Shown here one piece after another: positions 18,269 through 27,046 of a stretch of DNA of 64,000 bases. Under the pieces are notes generated by a model. It saw only the letters and a list, made by a program, of their open reading frames with translations, ran no database searches and was not told where the DNA came from. The position numbers and the translations under genes were made by a program. Each line of letters starts with the position of its first letter. Position 1 is the first letter of the stretch. The DNA comes from a virus, in the IMG/VR virus record IMGVR_UViG_3300045988_079139, positions 68,378 to 132,377 of that record; one strand, 5' to 3'.

Positions 18269-20254
18269 TTACTCGATTCCAAAAGTCTGAATGAAGTCAG
18301 ATTCTGACAAGATTGGAATCCCCAGCGACTTAGCTGTCGCGTTCTTAGAGGAAGTGGAATTCACATCATTGTTAATGAGGAAATTAGTGTTCTTAGAAAC
18401 AGAACCAGTTACCTTTCCTCCAAGAGCCTCAATTCGTGCCTTGATTTCATCACGGTTCTTGAAATGAGTGAGTTTTCCAGTAATTACAAAAGTTTTTCCA
18501 GCTAAACTCTCGCCAACCGGGGCGGGAGCGACTTCGGGTACATTAAAGTGAATATAATGGTCGGCAAGTAGGCGAGCTTCGGCATAATTAAACTCGACAA
18601 TACTACTATGCATTTCACTACCGAAATTAGGAAGAGTGTAGAAAGCGAAACCACCTTCCGCTGCCTCGACAAACTTTTCCCAAGTTTCAAAGTGCTTTGC
18701 CAATTCCTTAGATGCCGTTGAGCCAATCAACGGGATACCGAGGGCCGCAATGAACTGATGAAGTTCACAATTAGCGCCAGTATTAATGGCATTCAGAACC
18801 TTCTCGACGGATTTAGCTCCAAATCCAGGCTTCTGGACCCATTCACCTCTATGAATGGAAAGTTCAAAAATGTCTGTAAAGTCTGAGACCCAACCCCAAT
18901 CAATCAGCTTTTCCAAAGTTGCTTTGGAAATACCCTTCATGTCCAAACCTTTCTTACCGCAGAAGTGGTCTAGACGATTGATTAGTTTACCGGGACAAGT
19001 TGGACTGGTACAGGCAAGACTTACAGAGTCAACAACTGACTTGTAAACTACCTCACCGCCGCACACAGGACAAGTAGTGGGGTCATGAATTGTATTTTCC
19101 TCGTACAGGTCGGTCTGTTTGACAGACTTAATCTGTGGAATAATCATATTTGCCTTAAATACTTCAACCTCTTGGTATTTATGAGGGCCAAGAGGACCGA
19201 ACAATTCAGACATAATACTACAATTGTGTAAGCTTGCTCTTTCTACGGTCGAACCATCTACGTCGATTGGTTCAAAGATAGCAACGGGAGTGAGGACACC
19301 AGTTCTTCCCATAGTCCATTCAATATCCAACAAGCGAGACCAGTAAGTTTCATCATAGAATTTATATGCCAAGGCATTTTTGAAGTGATGCGTTGTTTCT
19401 CCAAGAGAACGACCATAAGCACAATCATTAAACTTAATAACAGCTCCATCAATGGGATAACCGTAACCTTGAGCCATTTGAGTTACTTGTTCAATAAACA
19501 TATCCATTTCAACTTCGGTATCATCTGCATAAAACGCAGGACCGGTCGCATATGGAACTACAGTAAACCCAAAAGGAATAAGATAATTAAGTTTTTGACT
19601 AAGTTTGTACTCGGTACCGTTATCAAACATCATAGGAGTGAGAACATCCCACGCAACAAATGTAAGATTGCGGCTTGCACATTCTTTGGAATCTAAAAGA
19701 CGAATGCTACCTGCGGCAAAATTTCTAGGGTTCTTATAATCTGAACTGAATTTTTCAAAATCAGTATAGGTGCAAATGATTTCTCCATCAATAACCAGTT
19801 CATCCATATAAGGAATTTTATGTGGAATTGAAGGAAGAACTCTTGCGTTATGCAGAATATCTTCACCGACAAGACCATTGCCCCTAGTTTCCGCAGAAAC
19901 TAATTCTCCGTTGCGATATGTGAGAGAACAAGTCAAACCGTCCATCTTACACATAACTAAGAAATCTTTTTTGCCAACAAAAGCAGAGACCTCATCAACA
20001 GATTTAGTTTTTTCAAGGGATAACATCTTATGAGAATGTTCTACTTTATTTAAAGCATTTACAATTTCATAAGAAATAGATTGAGTAGGAGAATTAGATA
20101 GAACTAAACCAGTTTCTTTTTCTAATTCTTGTAATTCAAAATATTTATTATCCCATTCTTCGTCTGTAATTTTTGGATGACCTTCATCGTATGCTTTTGT
20201 GCATTCGTTAAGGTATCTCACAAGAAATCTGATTTTATCATAGATACTATCCAT
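18269..20254 (-). CDS. ligA: NAD-dependent DNA ligase
   Basis: Adenylation motif CKMDGLTCSL (KxDG), Zn-finger CPVCGGEV, HhH and C-terminal BRCT-like region; 661 aa. Confidence 0.9.
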   Translation of the reverse strand: MDSIYDKIRFLVRYLNECTKAYDEGHPKITDEEWDNKYFELQELEKETGLVLSNSPTQSISYEIVNALNKVEHSHKMLSLEKTKSVDEVSAFVGKKDFLVMCKMDGLTCSLTYRNGELVSAETRGNGLVGEDILHNARVLPSIPHKIPYMDELVIDGEIICTYTDFEKFSSDYKNPRNFAAGSIRLLDSKECASRNLTFVAWDVLTPMMFDNGTEYKLSQKLNYLIPFGFTVVPYATGPAFYADDTEVEMDMFIEQVTQMAQGYGYPIDGAVIKFNDCAYGRSLGETTHHFKNALAYKFYDETYWSRLLDIEWTMGRTGVLTPVAIFEPIDVDGSTVERASLHNCSIMSELFGPLGPHKYQEVEVFKANMIIPQIKSVKQTDLYEENTIHDPTTCPVCGGEVVYKSVVDSVSLACTSPTCPGKLINRLDHFCGKKGLDMKGISKATLEKLIDWGWVSDFTDIFELSIHRGEWVQKPGFGAKSVEKVLNAINTGANCELHQFIAALGIPLIGSTASKELAKHFETWEKFVEAAEGGFAFYTLPNFGSEMHSSIVEFNYAEARLLADHYIHFNVPEVAPAPVGESLAGKTFVITGKLTHFKNRDEIKARIEALGGKVTGSVSKNTNFLINNDVNSTSSKNATAKSLGIPILSESDFIQTFGIE

Positions 20255-20279
20255 TTCTATTCCCCTTAATTACATATAT

Positions 20280-20308
20280 ATTATAGAAAAAATTTTTTAT
20301 TTTGTCAA
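20280..20308 (-). promoter_or_regulatory. sigma-A-like promoter TTGACA-N17-TATAAT upstream of ligA
   Basis: Forward attata 20280-20285, tgtcaa 20303-20308. Confidence 0.6.
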
Positions 20309-20580
20309 CTCCAGAAATCACTGAAGTCAAATATATTGACATAAAAATCTGGAACATCTTCTACTAACTGAACTCTATAACCATATACAAACATAGGTTC
20401 ATCAAAAAACATAATCTTATCATTAGGATTTATATTAATTCTATATAGAATTTGAGTAAAAGTAAAATCATTCATTCTAATTTCAATGCCATTTTGTTCA
20501 CCAAACCACTCATAGAGTCGGGACATTTCACGTCCCGACTCAACGATAGGCATACCTGGTCTAAAATAAATTGTTCTCAT
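20305..20580 (-). CDS. hypothetical protein
   Basis: 91-aa ORF. Confidence 0.45.
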   Translation of the reverse strand: MRTIYFRPGMPIVESGREMSRLYEWFGEQNGIEIRMNDFTFTQILYRININPNDKIMFFDEPMFVYGYRVQLVEDVPDFYVNIFDFSDFWS

Positions 20581-22952
20581 ACCTTACTTACAGATAGAAC
20601 CTTGCTATTCTTGATAACTACATTACCAATAGAAGCTCTACCTAAATTTGGAATTTCAGATGCCTCGATACAAATACTACTCTTATCACCCAAAATTAAT
20701 ACGCAATCACTGTCTTCAACAAGGGTTGCCGCAACCACTTTACCAGTAGAATCAGTAGGCTTATAACACATTAGACCCTTACCTGCTCTCTTCTGGACAG
20801 GAAGTTCGTCAAGACCAAACTTCTTACAATATCCACCATTCACGAAGATTGCTAACTTATCATTAACATTTCTTACAGGAATAGCAGATACAACCATATC
20901 TCCATCGGCAAGGTTAATACCCTTAACACCAGAAGTTGCTCTAGAAGTAGGACTTACTTCCTTGGAATCAAATCTAATTGCCATACCATTAGCAGTAGTA
21001 ATAATCAACTGCTCATCCTTAACCAAGGATACTGCGGCAAGCTCATCGCCATCTTTAATTGTAATAGCAGCAATACCAGTCTTTTTCTTAGTCTTAACAT
21101 ATTCTTCAAGACTTGTTTTCTTAACTAATCCATTTTTAGTTACGAACAATACATATGCGGCATCTGTATCTCTATAAATAGAGTACATTACAGCAGGCTG
21201 CTCATCCATATCCATATTGATTAGTGACTTAATAGACTGACCCTTGCTTACATTAGTTCCTACTGGAACATCATTTACAAGCAGACGATACATCTTACCC
21301 TTATCAGAGAAAATCATCAAAGAGTCAATTGTATTAGTGCGGATTACTGCCTCAGTAATATCATCCTGAGTCTTTACACCCTTACCATTTCGCTTCTGGG
21401 TGCGGAAACTAGTTGCAGGAATTCTCTTAACGAGACCGCCCTCAGTCATAATAACAACGCACTTTTCAGGTTCAACAAATTCAATTTCCTTTTCTTCTTT
21501 GGTGGAAGCGACTTGAGTAATGGTACTACGACGGGCATCACCATATGCCTTCTTCAAAGCATTGAATCCATTAATCATTTCGGGAACTGGATTTGCGAGA
21601 ATTGCGTTCAAACGAGCTAATTCAACCTCAAGTTCAGCTTTCTCATTTTCAATTTCAACTTTCTCTAACTTAGCTAGCTTAGAAAGTTTCATATCAAGAA
21701 TCGCCTTAGCCTGAGCTTCAGAGAAACCATACTGGCTCATCAGAGCGACCTTAGCAGCTGCCGCAGACTCACTCTTCTTAATAAGAGCAATGATGTTGTC
21801 AATATCTTCAAGAGCTTTCAGCAAACCTTCCAAAATATGAATACGAGCCGCAATCTTGTCAGCTTCATACTTTGTCTTTCTCAACAGAACATCTTTCTGG
21901 TGAGCAATATAGATTTCTAAAAGCTGTTTAATATTCAAAAGCTGAGGCTTCTTTTCAACCAGAGCAACCTGATTGAAACTATAAGTATCCTCCAAACGAG
22001 TCAACTTAAATAACTTTGCGATAATAGGTTCAGTTGAAACGCCCTTTGCTAATTCAATTACAAAACGCACACCATCTTTATTACTTTCGTCTCGGATAGT
22101 GGTAACGCCTTCTAACTTACCTTCCTCACAAAGTTTATCAATTTCCTTCACAAGGTCCTCTTTGGATACCTTATAAGGAATGGAAGTAAAGACGATACTA
22201 TCTCCGCGTCTATCAGATTCAATTTTGTACTCTCCTCTGATTCTTGCTCTACCCTTACCTGTGAGATAAGCTGCAGGTAATTCGTCTTTGTTAATAATTA
22301 ATCCGCCAGTTGGGAAGTCAGGTCCGGAAATGTAATTCAAAATTTCCTTAATATCACAATTAGGATTCTGAGTTACATGGATTGCCGCATCCATAACTTC
22401 ATTCAAATTGTGAGGTGCGAAGCTACAAGCCATCGCAACTGCGATACCAGAAGTACCATTCACAATCAAATTAGGAATGCGACCAGGTAAATACACCGGT
22501 TCGTCCTCAACATCGGTATATGCTAACTGCCAATCGACAGTATCTTTCTTAATATCAGCGAGCATTTCCTCGCCCATCTTGGATAGCTTACACTCTGTGT
22601 AACGATAAGCCGCAGCTTCGTCACCATCACGAGAACCATTGTTACCGTGGAATGAAATCAGAGGATAACGCATATTCCAAGACTGACTCAACCAAACCAA
22701 TGCACCATAAATAGAGCTGTCACCATGAGGATGAAAACGACCCATTGTGTCACCTACTGGCTGAGCACACTTTACAAACTTTTTATCATTTCGATAACCT
22801 TTGTCAAACATATCCCAAAGGATACGACGAGCAACAGGTTTTAAACCATCTTCCGCAGAAGGAATGGCTCTATCGGTAATAACACTCAAACTATAATCAA
22901 GGAAACTCTGTTCAACTTCCCCGATAATCGGAGTCTGAATTATATCTCCCAT
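20577..22952 (-). CDS. type II DNA topoisomerase, A (breakage-reunion) subunit
   Basis: GyrA/ParC-like N-terminus (DGLKPVARRILWDM, HPHGDSSIYGALV, tyrosine region) and a C-terminal beta-pinwheel-like region. Confidence 0.9.
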   Translation of the reverse strand: MGDIIQTPIIGEVEQSFLDYSLSVITDRAIPSAEDGLKPVARRILWDMFDKGYRNDKKFVKCAQPVGDTMGRFHPHGDSSIYGALVWLSQSWNMRYPLISFHGNNGSRDGDEAAAYRYTECKLSKMGEEMLADIKKDTVDWQLAYTDVEDEPVYLPGRIPNLIVNGTSGIAVAMACSFAPHNLNEVMDAAIHVTQNPNCDIKEILNYISGPDFPTGGLIINKDELPAAYLTGKGRARIRGEYKIESDRRGDSIVFTSIPYKVSKEDLVKEIDKLCEEGKLEGVTTIRDESNKDGVRFVIELAKGVSTEPIIAKLFKLTRLEDTYSFNQVALVEKKPQLLNIKQLLEIYIAHQKDVLLRKTKYEADKIAARIHILEGLLKALEDIDNIIALIKKSESAAAAKVALMSQYGFSEAQAKAILDMKLSKLAKLEKVEIENEKAELEVELARLNAILANPVPEMINGFNALKKAYGDARRSTITQVASTKEEKEIEFVEPEKCVVIMTEGGLVKRIPATSFRTQKRNGKGVKTQDDITEAVIRTNTIDSLMIFSDKGKMYRLLVNDVPVGTNVSKGQSIKSLINMDMDEQPAVMYSIYRDTDAAYVLFVTKNGLVKKTSLEEYVKTKKKTGIAAITIKDGDELAAVSLVKDEQLIITTANGMAIRFDSKEVSPTSRATSGVKGINLADGDMVVSAIPVRNVNDKLAIFVNGGYCKKFGLDELPVQKRAGKGLMCYKPTDSTGKVVAATLVEDSDCVLILGDKSSICIEASEIPNLGRASIGNVVIKNSKVLSVSKV

Positions 22953-23334
22953 AAGGAACCTCCTTTATATCTACAAATTCATTAAAAAATTCTAAATCTC
23001 TCATTTTCGGTAATGTATCATCAATAATTTGTTCAATTAAATCAAATAAAGATTTCTTTTCTTCATATCCATAATCAGAATATCGAGTAGGTAATTCACT
23101 AATTTGTCTTAGATATTCAGGTGGAATAGCTAAAGCTCGAACACATTGCTGGGCCGCTTTTTCAATAGCAGGACTAACATACATTCGTTCTCTGTCAATA
23201 GACCAATCATCATATGAAGTTTTTATACATTGCCTTTTCTCTTGGAACTTAGTTATATGTGGCATATGCTTCTTCCTCAGAAATATAACCAGTGGCAAGC
23301 TGGTCAGCCAGTTCATTCCACTCGTGACCCGCAT
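22912..23334 (-). CDS. hypothetical protein
   Basis: 140-aa ORF; start probably internal. Confidence 0.4.
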   Translation of the reverse strand: MRVTSGMNWLTSLPLVIFLRKKHMPHITKFQEKRQCIKTSYDDWSIDRERMYVSPAIEKAAQQCVRALAIPPEYLRQISELPTRYSDYGYEEKKSLFDLIEQIIDDTLPKMRDLEFFNEFVDIKEVPYGRYNSDSDYRGS

Positions 23335-23725
23335 GGCCTTTGATTTTTCTCAAATCAATTCTATAACCTTCTTTATACCAGTCATAGTATGCTTGAATTA
23401 AATCAAGGTTTTCAGGCACTTGCTTATCACTTTTAATCCAACCTTTTCTTGCCCAATTAAACATCCACTCGTTGAAAGTATTTACGCAATATGCGGAGTC
23501 GCTATAGACGATTGGAGGCTGGCCCCATTCATCACATTTAACTCCATAATTTAACATCACATAAAGAATTGCTTTCAATTCTTCTCTATTGTTGGTGGTT
23601 CCATCTGTTCTTTTGGCACGGACAAAGCTAAGTAGGCCGTCATCATCAATACCAACGATGCCATATCCACCTTTTGCGTCTTTCTTTCCGTTCCCAACGC
23701 AGGAACCATCAGTATAGAAAGTCAT
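23249..23725 (-). CDS. rnhA: ribonuclease H
   Basis: MTFYTDGSCVGNGKKDAKGGYGIV...ELKAIL...KIKGHAGHEWNELADQLA. Confidence 0.85.
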   Translation of the reverse strand: MTFYTDGSCVGNGKKDAKGGYGIVGIDDDGLLSFVRAKRTDGTTNNREELKAILYVMLNYGVKCDEWGQPPIVYSDSAYCVNTFNEWMFNWARKGWIKSDKQVPENLDLIQAYYDWYKEGYRIDLRKIKGHAGHEWNELADQLATGYISEEEAYATYN

Positions 23726-24134
23726 TTGGATTTCCTCTCATAATTTCTTCAAATAATGCGTCAATATCAATATTTGTTGAAATATTAACTACATCATCAA
23801 CTTTTTTGTTTTCAGCAGTTCGAATAACTGTTAAACCCTTTAATACGTGTTCATTACATAAAACACATTTATTATTAGGGAAAGTTTCTTCAAGCATCTT
23901 CATAATATGGTTACAATCATCTAAATCCATATAAGAACTAATATGAACTAATAATACATCACCTGGATTAAGGGATACGGCTTGAATATCGTACCCCTTC
24001 CAGGCTCCTGTAGTTGAAGTTGTATTAGTGTATGTATATTGTCGGCGATTATCCATAGAGATTATATCTCCTTCTTCGATAATGGAGCCATTCGTATTAT
24101 ACATCAATATTAGCCCTCCAAGCGTTATCTTCAA
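23709..24134 (-). CDS. hypothetical protein
   Basis: 141-aa ORF. Confidence 0.45.
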   Translation of the reverse strand: MKITLGGLILMYNTNGSIIEEGDIISMDNRRQYTYTNTTSTTGAWKGYDIQAVSLNPGDVLLVHISSYMDLDDCNHIMKMLEETFPNNKCVLCNEHVLKGLTVIRTAENKKVDDVVNISTNIDIDALFEEIMRGNPNDFLY

Positions 24135-25992
24135 TAAACTTTTTACGAGGAGTTACAGACTCGCCCATTAGGTTCATAAAGACACTTGCTACGGCGGCCG
24201 CATCTTCCATTGTAATCTGCTTCAAAGTACGAGTTTCAGCACTCATAACAGTTTCTGCCATCTCGTCTGGGTCCATCTCACCAAGACCCTTCATACGACC
24301 AAGTTCAAATTTCTTCGTATTAGTCTTACGGAACTCCTCAAGAGCAGCATCGTCTTTCAAATACTGAATCTTGGTTCCCATAGTTGCTTTATAAAGCGGA
24401 GGTACTGCCGCATATACATAACCCTTCTCTAGAAGCTCAGGACAGAACTTCCAAATGAAAGTTAGGAACAGAACACGAATGTGAGAACCATCGACGTCGG
24501 CATCGGCTGTGATAATGAACTTGCCATATCTCAGCTTAGTTTCATCAACGATAATCTTACCATCCTTAACTTCCAATCCAAAGGCGTCAACCATACCGCT
24601 AATTTCCTTATTTTGAAGAGCTTTATGCAAGTCACATTTCAAAACATTTAGAGGCTTACCACGAAGCTGGAATACTGCCTGAGTGCCTCTGTCACGAGCT
24701 TCCTTGGTGGAGCCTGCAGCAGATTTACCCTCAACAATAAAGACTTCGCAGTTATAACGGTCTTTTGAGCTGGCGTCCGCAAGTACGTCAGGCATAATCA
24801 CGCGACGCTTACTGTCAACCTTACGAACGGTTTCCTTGGCTTTCTTTGCCTTTTCGCGGGCCGCACGTGCCAGAAGAGCCTTATCAACGATTGCCTTAGC
24901 ATCTTTTGGATTTGCGTCAAGCCATACTCGGATTTCACGAGCAGTCAAACGCTGAACTGCGGTTCTTGCTTCGCTACTGGAAAGAACATCTTTTGTCTGA
25001 CCAGAGAAAACAGGGTCAGGCATAATGAAGGATAGAACCAGAACCAGACCTTCCTTCAACTCTTCACCAGTAATATTAGCATCCTTCTCCTTCAACAACT
25101 TGTTTTCCTTCGCATAGTCGTTGATTGTGGAAGTAAGTGCGGTTCTGAAACCAGTCAAGTGAGTTCCCGCACTATTAGGAATAGAGTTAGTATATAGTTT
25201 ATAAGTATCAGTATAACTATCATTATACTGCATAGCAATTTTAACACCAATTCTATCTTCCATATTCTCAGTATAGAATACAGAAGTTACTTTATTCTTA
25301 CCATCATTTAGGTCATTAATATAATCTCGAATACCATTTTGAGAAGTAATGGTTTCTACTTTATCGCCATAAGTAAGTTCAAATACCATACCTGGAGATA
25401 AATATGCCAATTCCTGTATTTGCTTTCTTAAAGGAGCGTACTCAAGTTGAATACCCTCTTTAAAGATTTCCATATCAGGCTTGTACATAATAAAAGTTCC
25501 AGTTGATTTTTGATTGGGGTCTTTTACCTCTTTGTAGTTAATTAATTCACCACGAGCAAATTCTGCAGTTGCTTTCTTACCATCGCGATGAGAGACAACA
25601 GTGAAAAATTCAGATAGAGCATTAGTTGCCTTAGCACCAACGCCATTCATACCACCAGAAGTGTTATATCCAGTTTTACCAGAACTATCGAATTTTGCAC
25701 CTGTATGAAGTTTTGTATAAACATTAACAAGAACTTCACTACCATCTTCGGCTTTGCCGAATGGAACGCCACGGCCATTATCAGAAATACAAATTACACC
25801 ATCTTCGCCAACATTGATTGAGCAGATAGTGCAGTGTCCATTTAGATACTCATCAACTGCATTAGAAATGATTTCGAGGGTGATGTGTCTGACACCTTCA
25901 GGACCAACTGAACCGATATACATACCAGGACGTAGTCGAATCGCTTCGATACCTTCCAGCGTCTTTATGTCTTTTACGCCATAATCTGACAT
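24097..25992 (-). CDS. type II DNA topoisomerase, B (ATPase/TOPRIM) subunit
   Basis: GHKL ATPase N-terminus and TOPRIM motif EGKSAAGS; 631 aa. Confidence 0.9.
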   Translation of the reverse strand: MSDYGVKDIKTLEGIEAIRLRPGMYIGSVGPEGVRHITLEIISNAVDEYLNGHCTICSINVGEDGVICISDNGRGVPFGKAEDGSEVLVNVYTKLHTGAKFDSSGKTGYNTSGGMNGVGAKATNALSEFFTVVSHRDGKKATAEFARGELINYKEVKDPNQKSTGTFIMYKPDMEIFKEGIQLEYAPLRKQIQELAYLSPGMVFELTYGDKVETITSQNGIRDYINDLNDGKNKVTSVFYTENMEDRIGVKIAMQYNDSYTDTYKLYTNSIPNSAGTHLTGFRTALTSTINDYAKENKLLKEKDANITGEELKEGLVLVLSFIMPDPVFSGQTKDVLSSSEARTAVQRLTAREIRVWLDANPKDAKAIVDKALLARAAREKAKKAKETVRKVDSKRRVIMPDVLADASSKDRYNCEVFIVEGKSAAGSTKEARDRGTQAVFQLRGKPLNVLKCDLHKALQNKEISGMVDAFGLEVKDGKIIVDETKLRYGKFIITADADVDGSHIRVLFLTFIWKFCPELLEKGYVYAAVPPLYKATMGTKIQYLKDDAALEEFRKTNTKKFELGRMKGLGEMDPDEMAETVMSAETRTLKQITMEDAAAVASVFMNLMGESVTPRKKFIEDNAWRANIDV

Positions 25993-26035
25993 ATCTTTCT
26001 CCTTTCAAATTTCCTTTGATTTTTTCTTACATTTA

Positions 26036-26064
26036 TATTATAGCAAAGATTTTTTAAAAAATCA
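26036..26064 (-). promoter_or_regulatory. sigma-A-like promoter TTGATT-N17-TATAAT upstream of topoisomerase B subunit
   Basis: Forward attata 26036-26041, aatcaa 26059-26064. Confidence 0.55.
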
Positions 26065-26097
26065 ACTGAAATTTCCTTAATGGGATAAAAAAAATAA

Positions 26098-26129
26098 GGG
26101 CGAGACAATTAAATTAATTGTCTCGCCCT
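26098..26129 (-). terminator. intrinsic terminator hairpin
   Basis: gggcgagacaatt / aattgtctcgccc preceded by aaaaaaa. Confidence 0.55.
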
Positions 26130-26141
26130 TTGATTAGTTAA

Positions 26142-26546
26142 TTACTCAACAGGAACGATTTTGCTAATATTAACCTCAGCCTCAATCTTATTAGTAATGT
26201 AAGCAGCTACATCACCATAAATTTCAGCTAAATAATCTTTAGCATCATCAGTTAAAATAGCCATAACCGCATTATAGGTTAATTGGAATGCTTCTTTCTG
26301 AGCTTCAGCAGTGAAAGCATTCTGTTTCTTCAATGCTTCAACATAGGTCTGATTAGTTGCGATAACGCAGGCAGAAATGGTATCAGCAACCATTCCAATA
26401 TACTTATCAGCATTATCATTATCAACATTGTGCTGAATTTCAGCGCTCTTTGCATTGATAAATTTAACGACATAAGCAGTTAAAACACCCAATAGAGGGA
26501 TTACACAAACCTGTAAAATTTCATATAACATAGGTAGCCATTCCAT
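26142..26546 (-). CDS. small membrane protein (holin/antiholin-like candidate)
   Basis: N-terminal TM helix LQVCVIPLLGVLTAYVV; sits directly downstream of the peptidoglycan hydrolase. Confidence 0.45.
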   Translation of the reverse strand: MEWLPMLYEILQVCVIPLLGVLTAYVVKFINAKSAEIQHNVDNDNADKYIGMVADTISACVIATNQTYVEALKKQNAFTAEAQKEAFQLTYNAVMAILTDDAKDYLAEIYGDVAAYITNKIEAEVNISKIVPVE

Positions 26547-26563
26547 ATAGTTAATCCTCCTTA

Positions 26564-26884
26564 TTATCCATTTGCAGAATCATCAAACTGCTCTGGTGGG
26601 ATATCTTCGTGATAATCAGCCATTACAGTTTCATATTTGATTCCGCCTTTTGTATTTTCTTTTTCCGCTTTGCGGAAGTAGAATGCTTGACTTGCTCCAT
26701 ATGCGGTCCAAGGGAAGCCGCACATAGCAGCCAACCAAGGTAACTCACCAAAGAACTAGTTTGTTACGCACACGAACGCAAGAATGATAAATGCAATGGT
26801 AATAATCCAAATCAACATTGACTCTTGGAGCAATAATCTTTTGGAAAATTCCATTTTATTTTCGGTTTTCTTTTTCATTTTCAT
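26564..26884 (-). CDS. small membrane protein with one in-frame TAG (holin-like candidate)
   Basis: Hand translation: MKMKKKTENKMEFSKRLLLQESMLIWIITIAFIILAFVCVTN-TAG-FFGELPWLAAMCGFPWTAYGAS...DDSANG, ending at TAA. Not in the ORF track because the TAG splits it into pieces under 60 aa. Confidence 0.4.
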
Positions 26885-27046
26885 CACCTTTTATTAAAAA
26901 TAACTCATTCTTACTTATCTTATCATATCTATTTATCTTAATTATCTTACACGGTATCATATGCTCGCCACTTCTTTGTGCGCCCACTCGCGCTATAAAA
27001 AGACTGAAGATAATAAAAATGTTCAGAATGAGTTATAATAAACAAA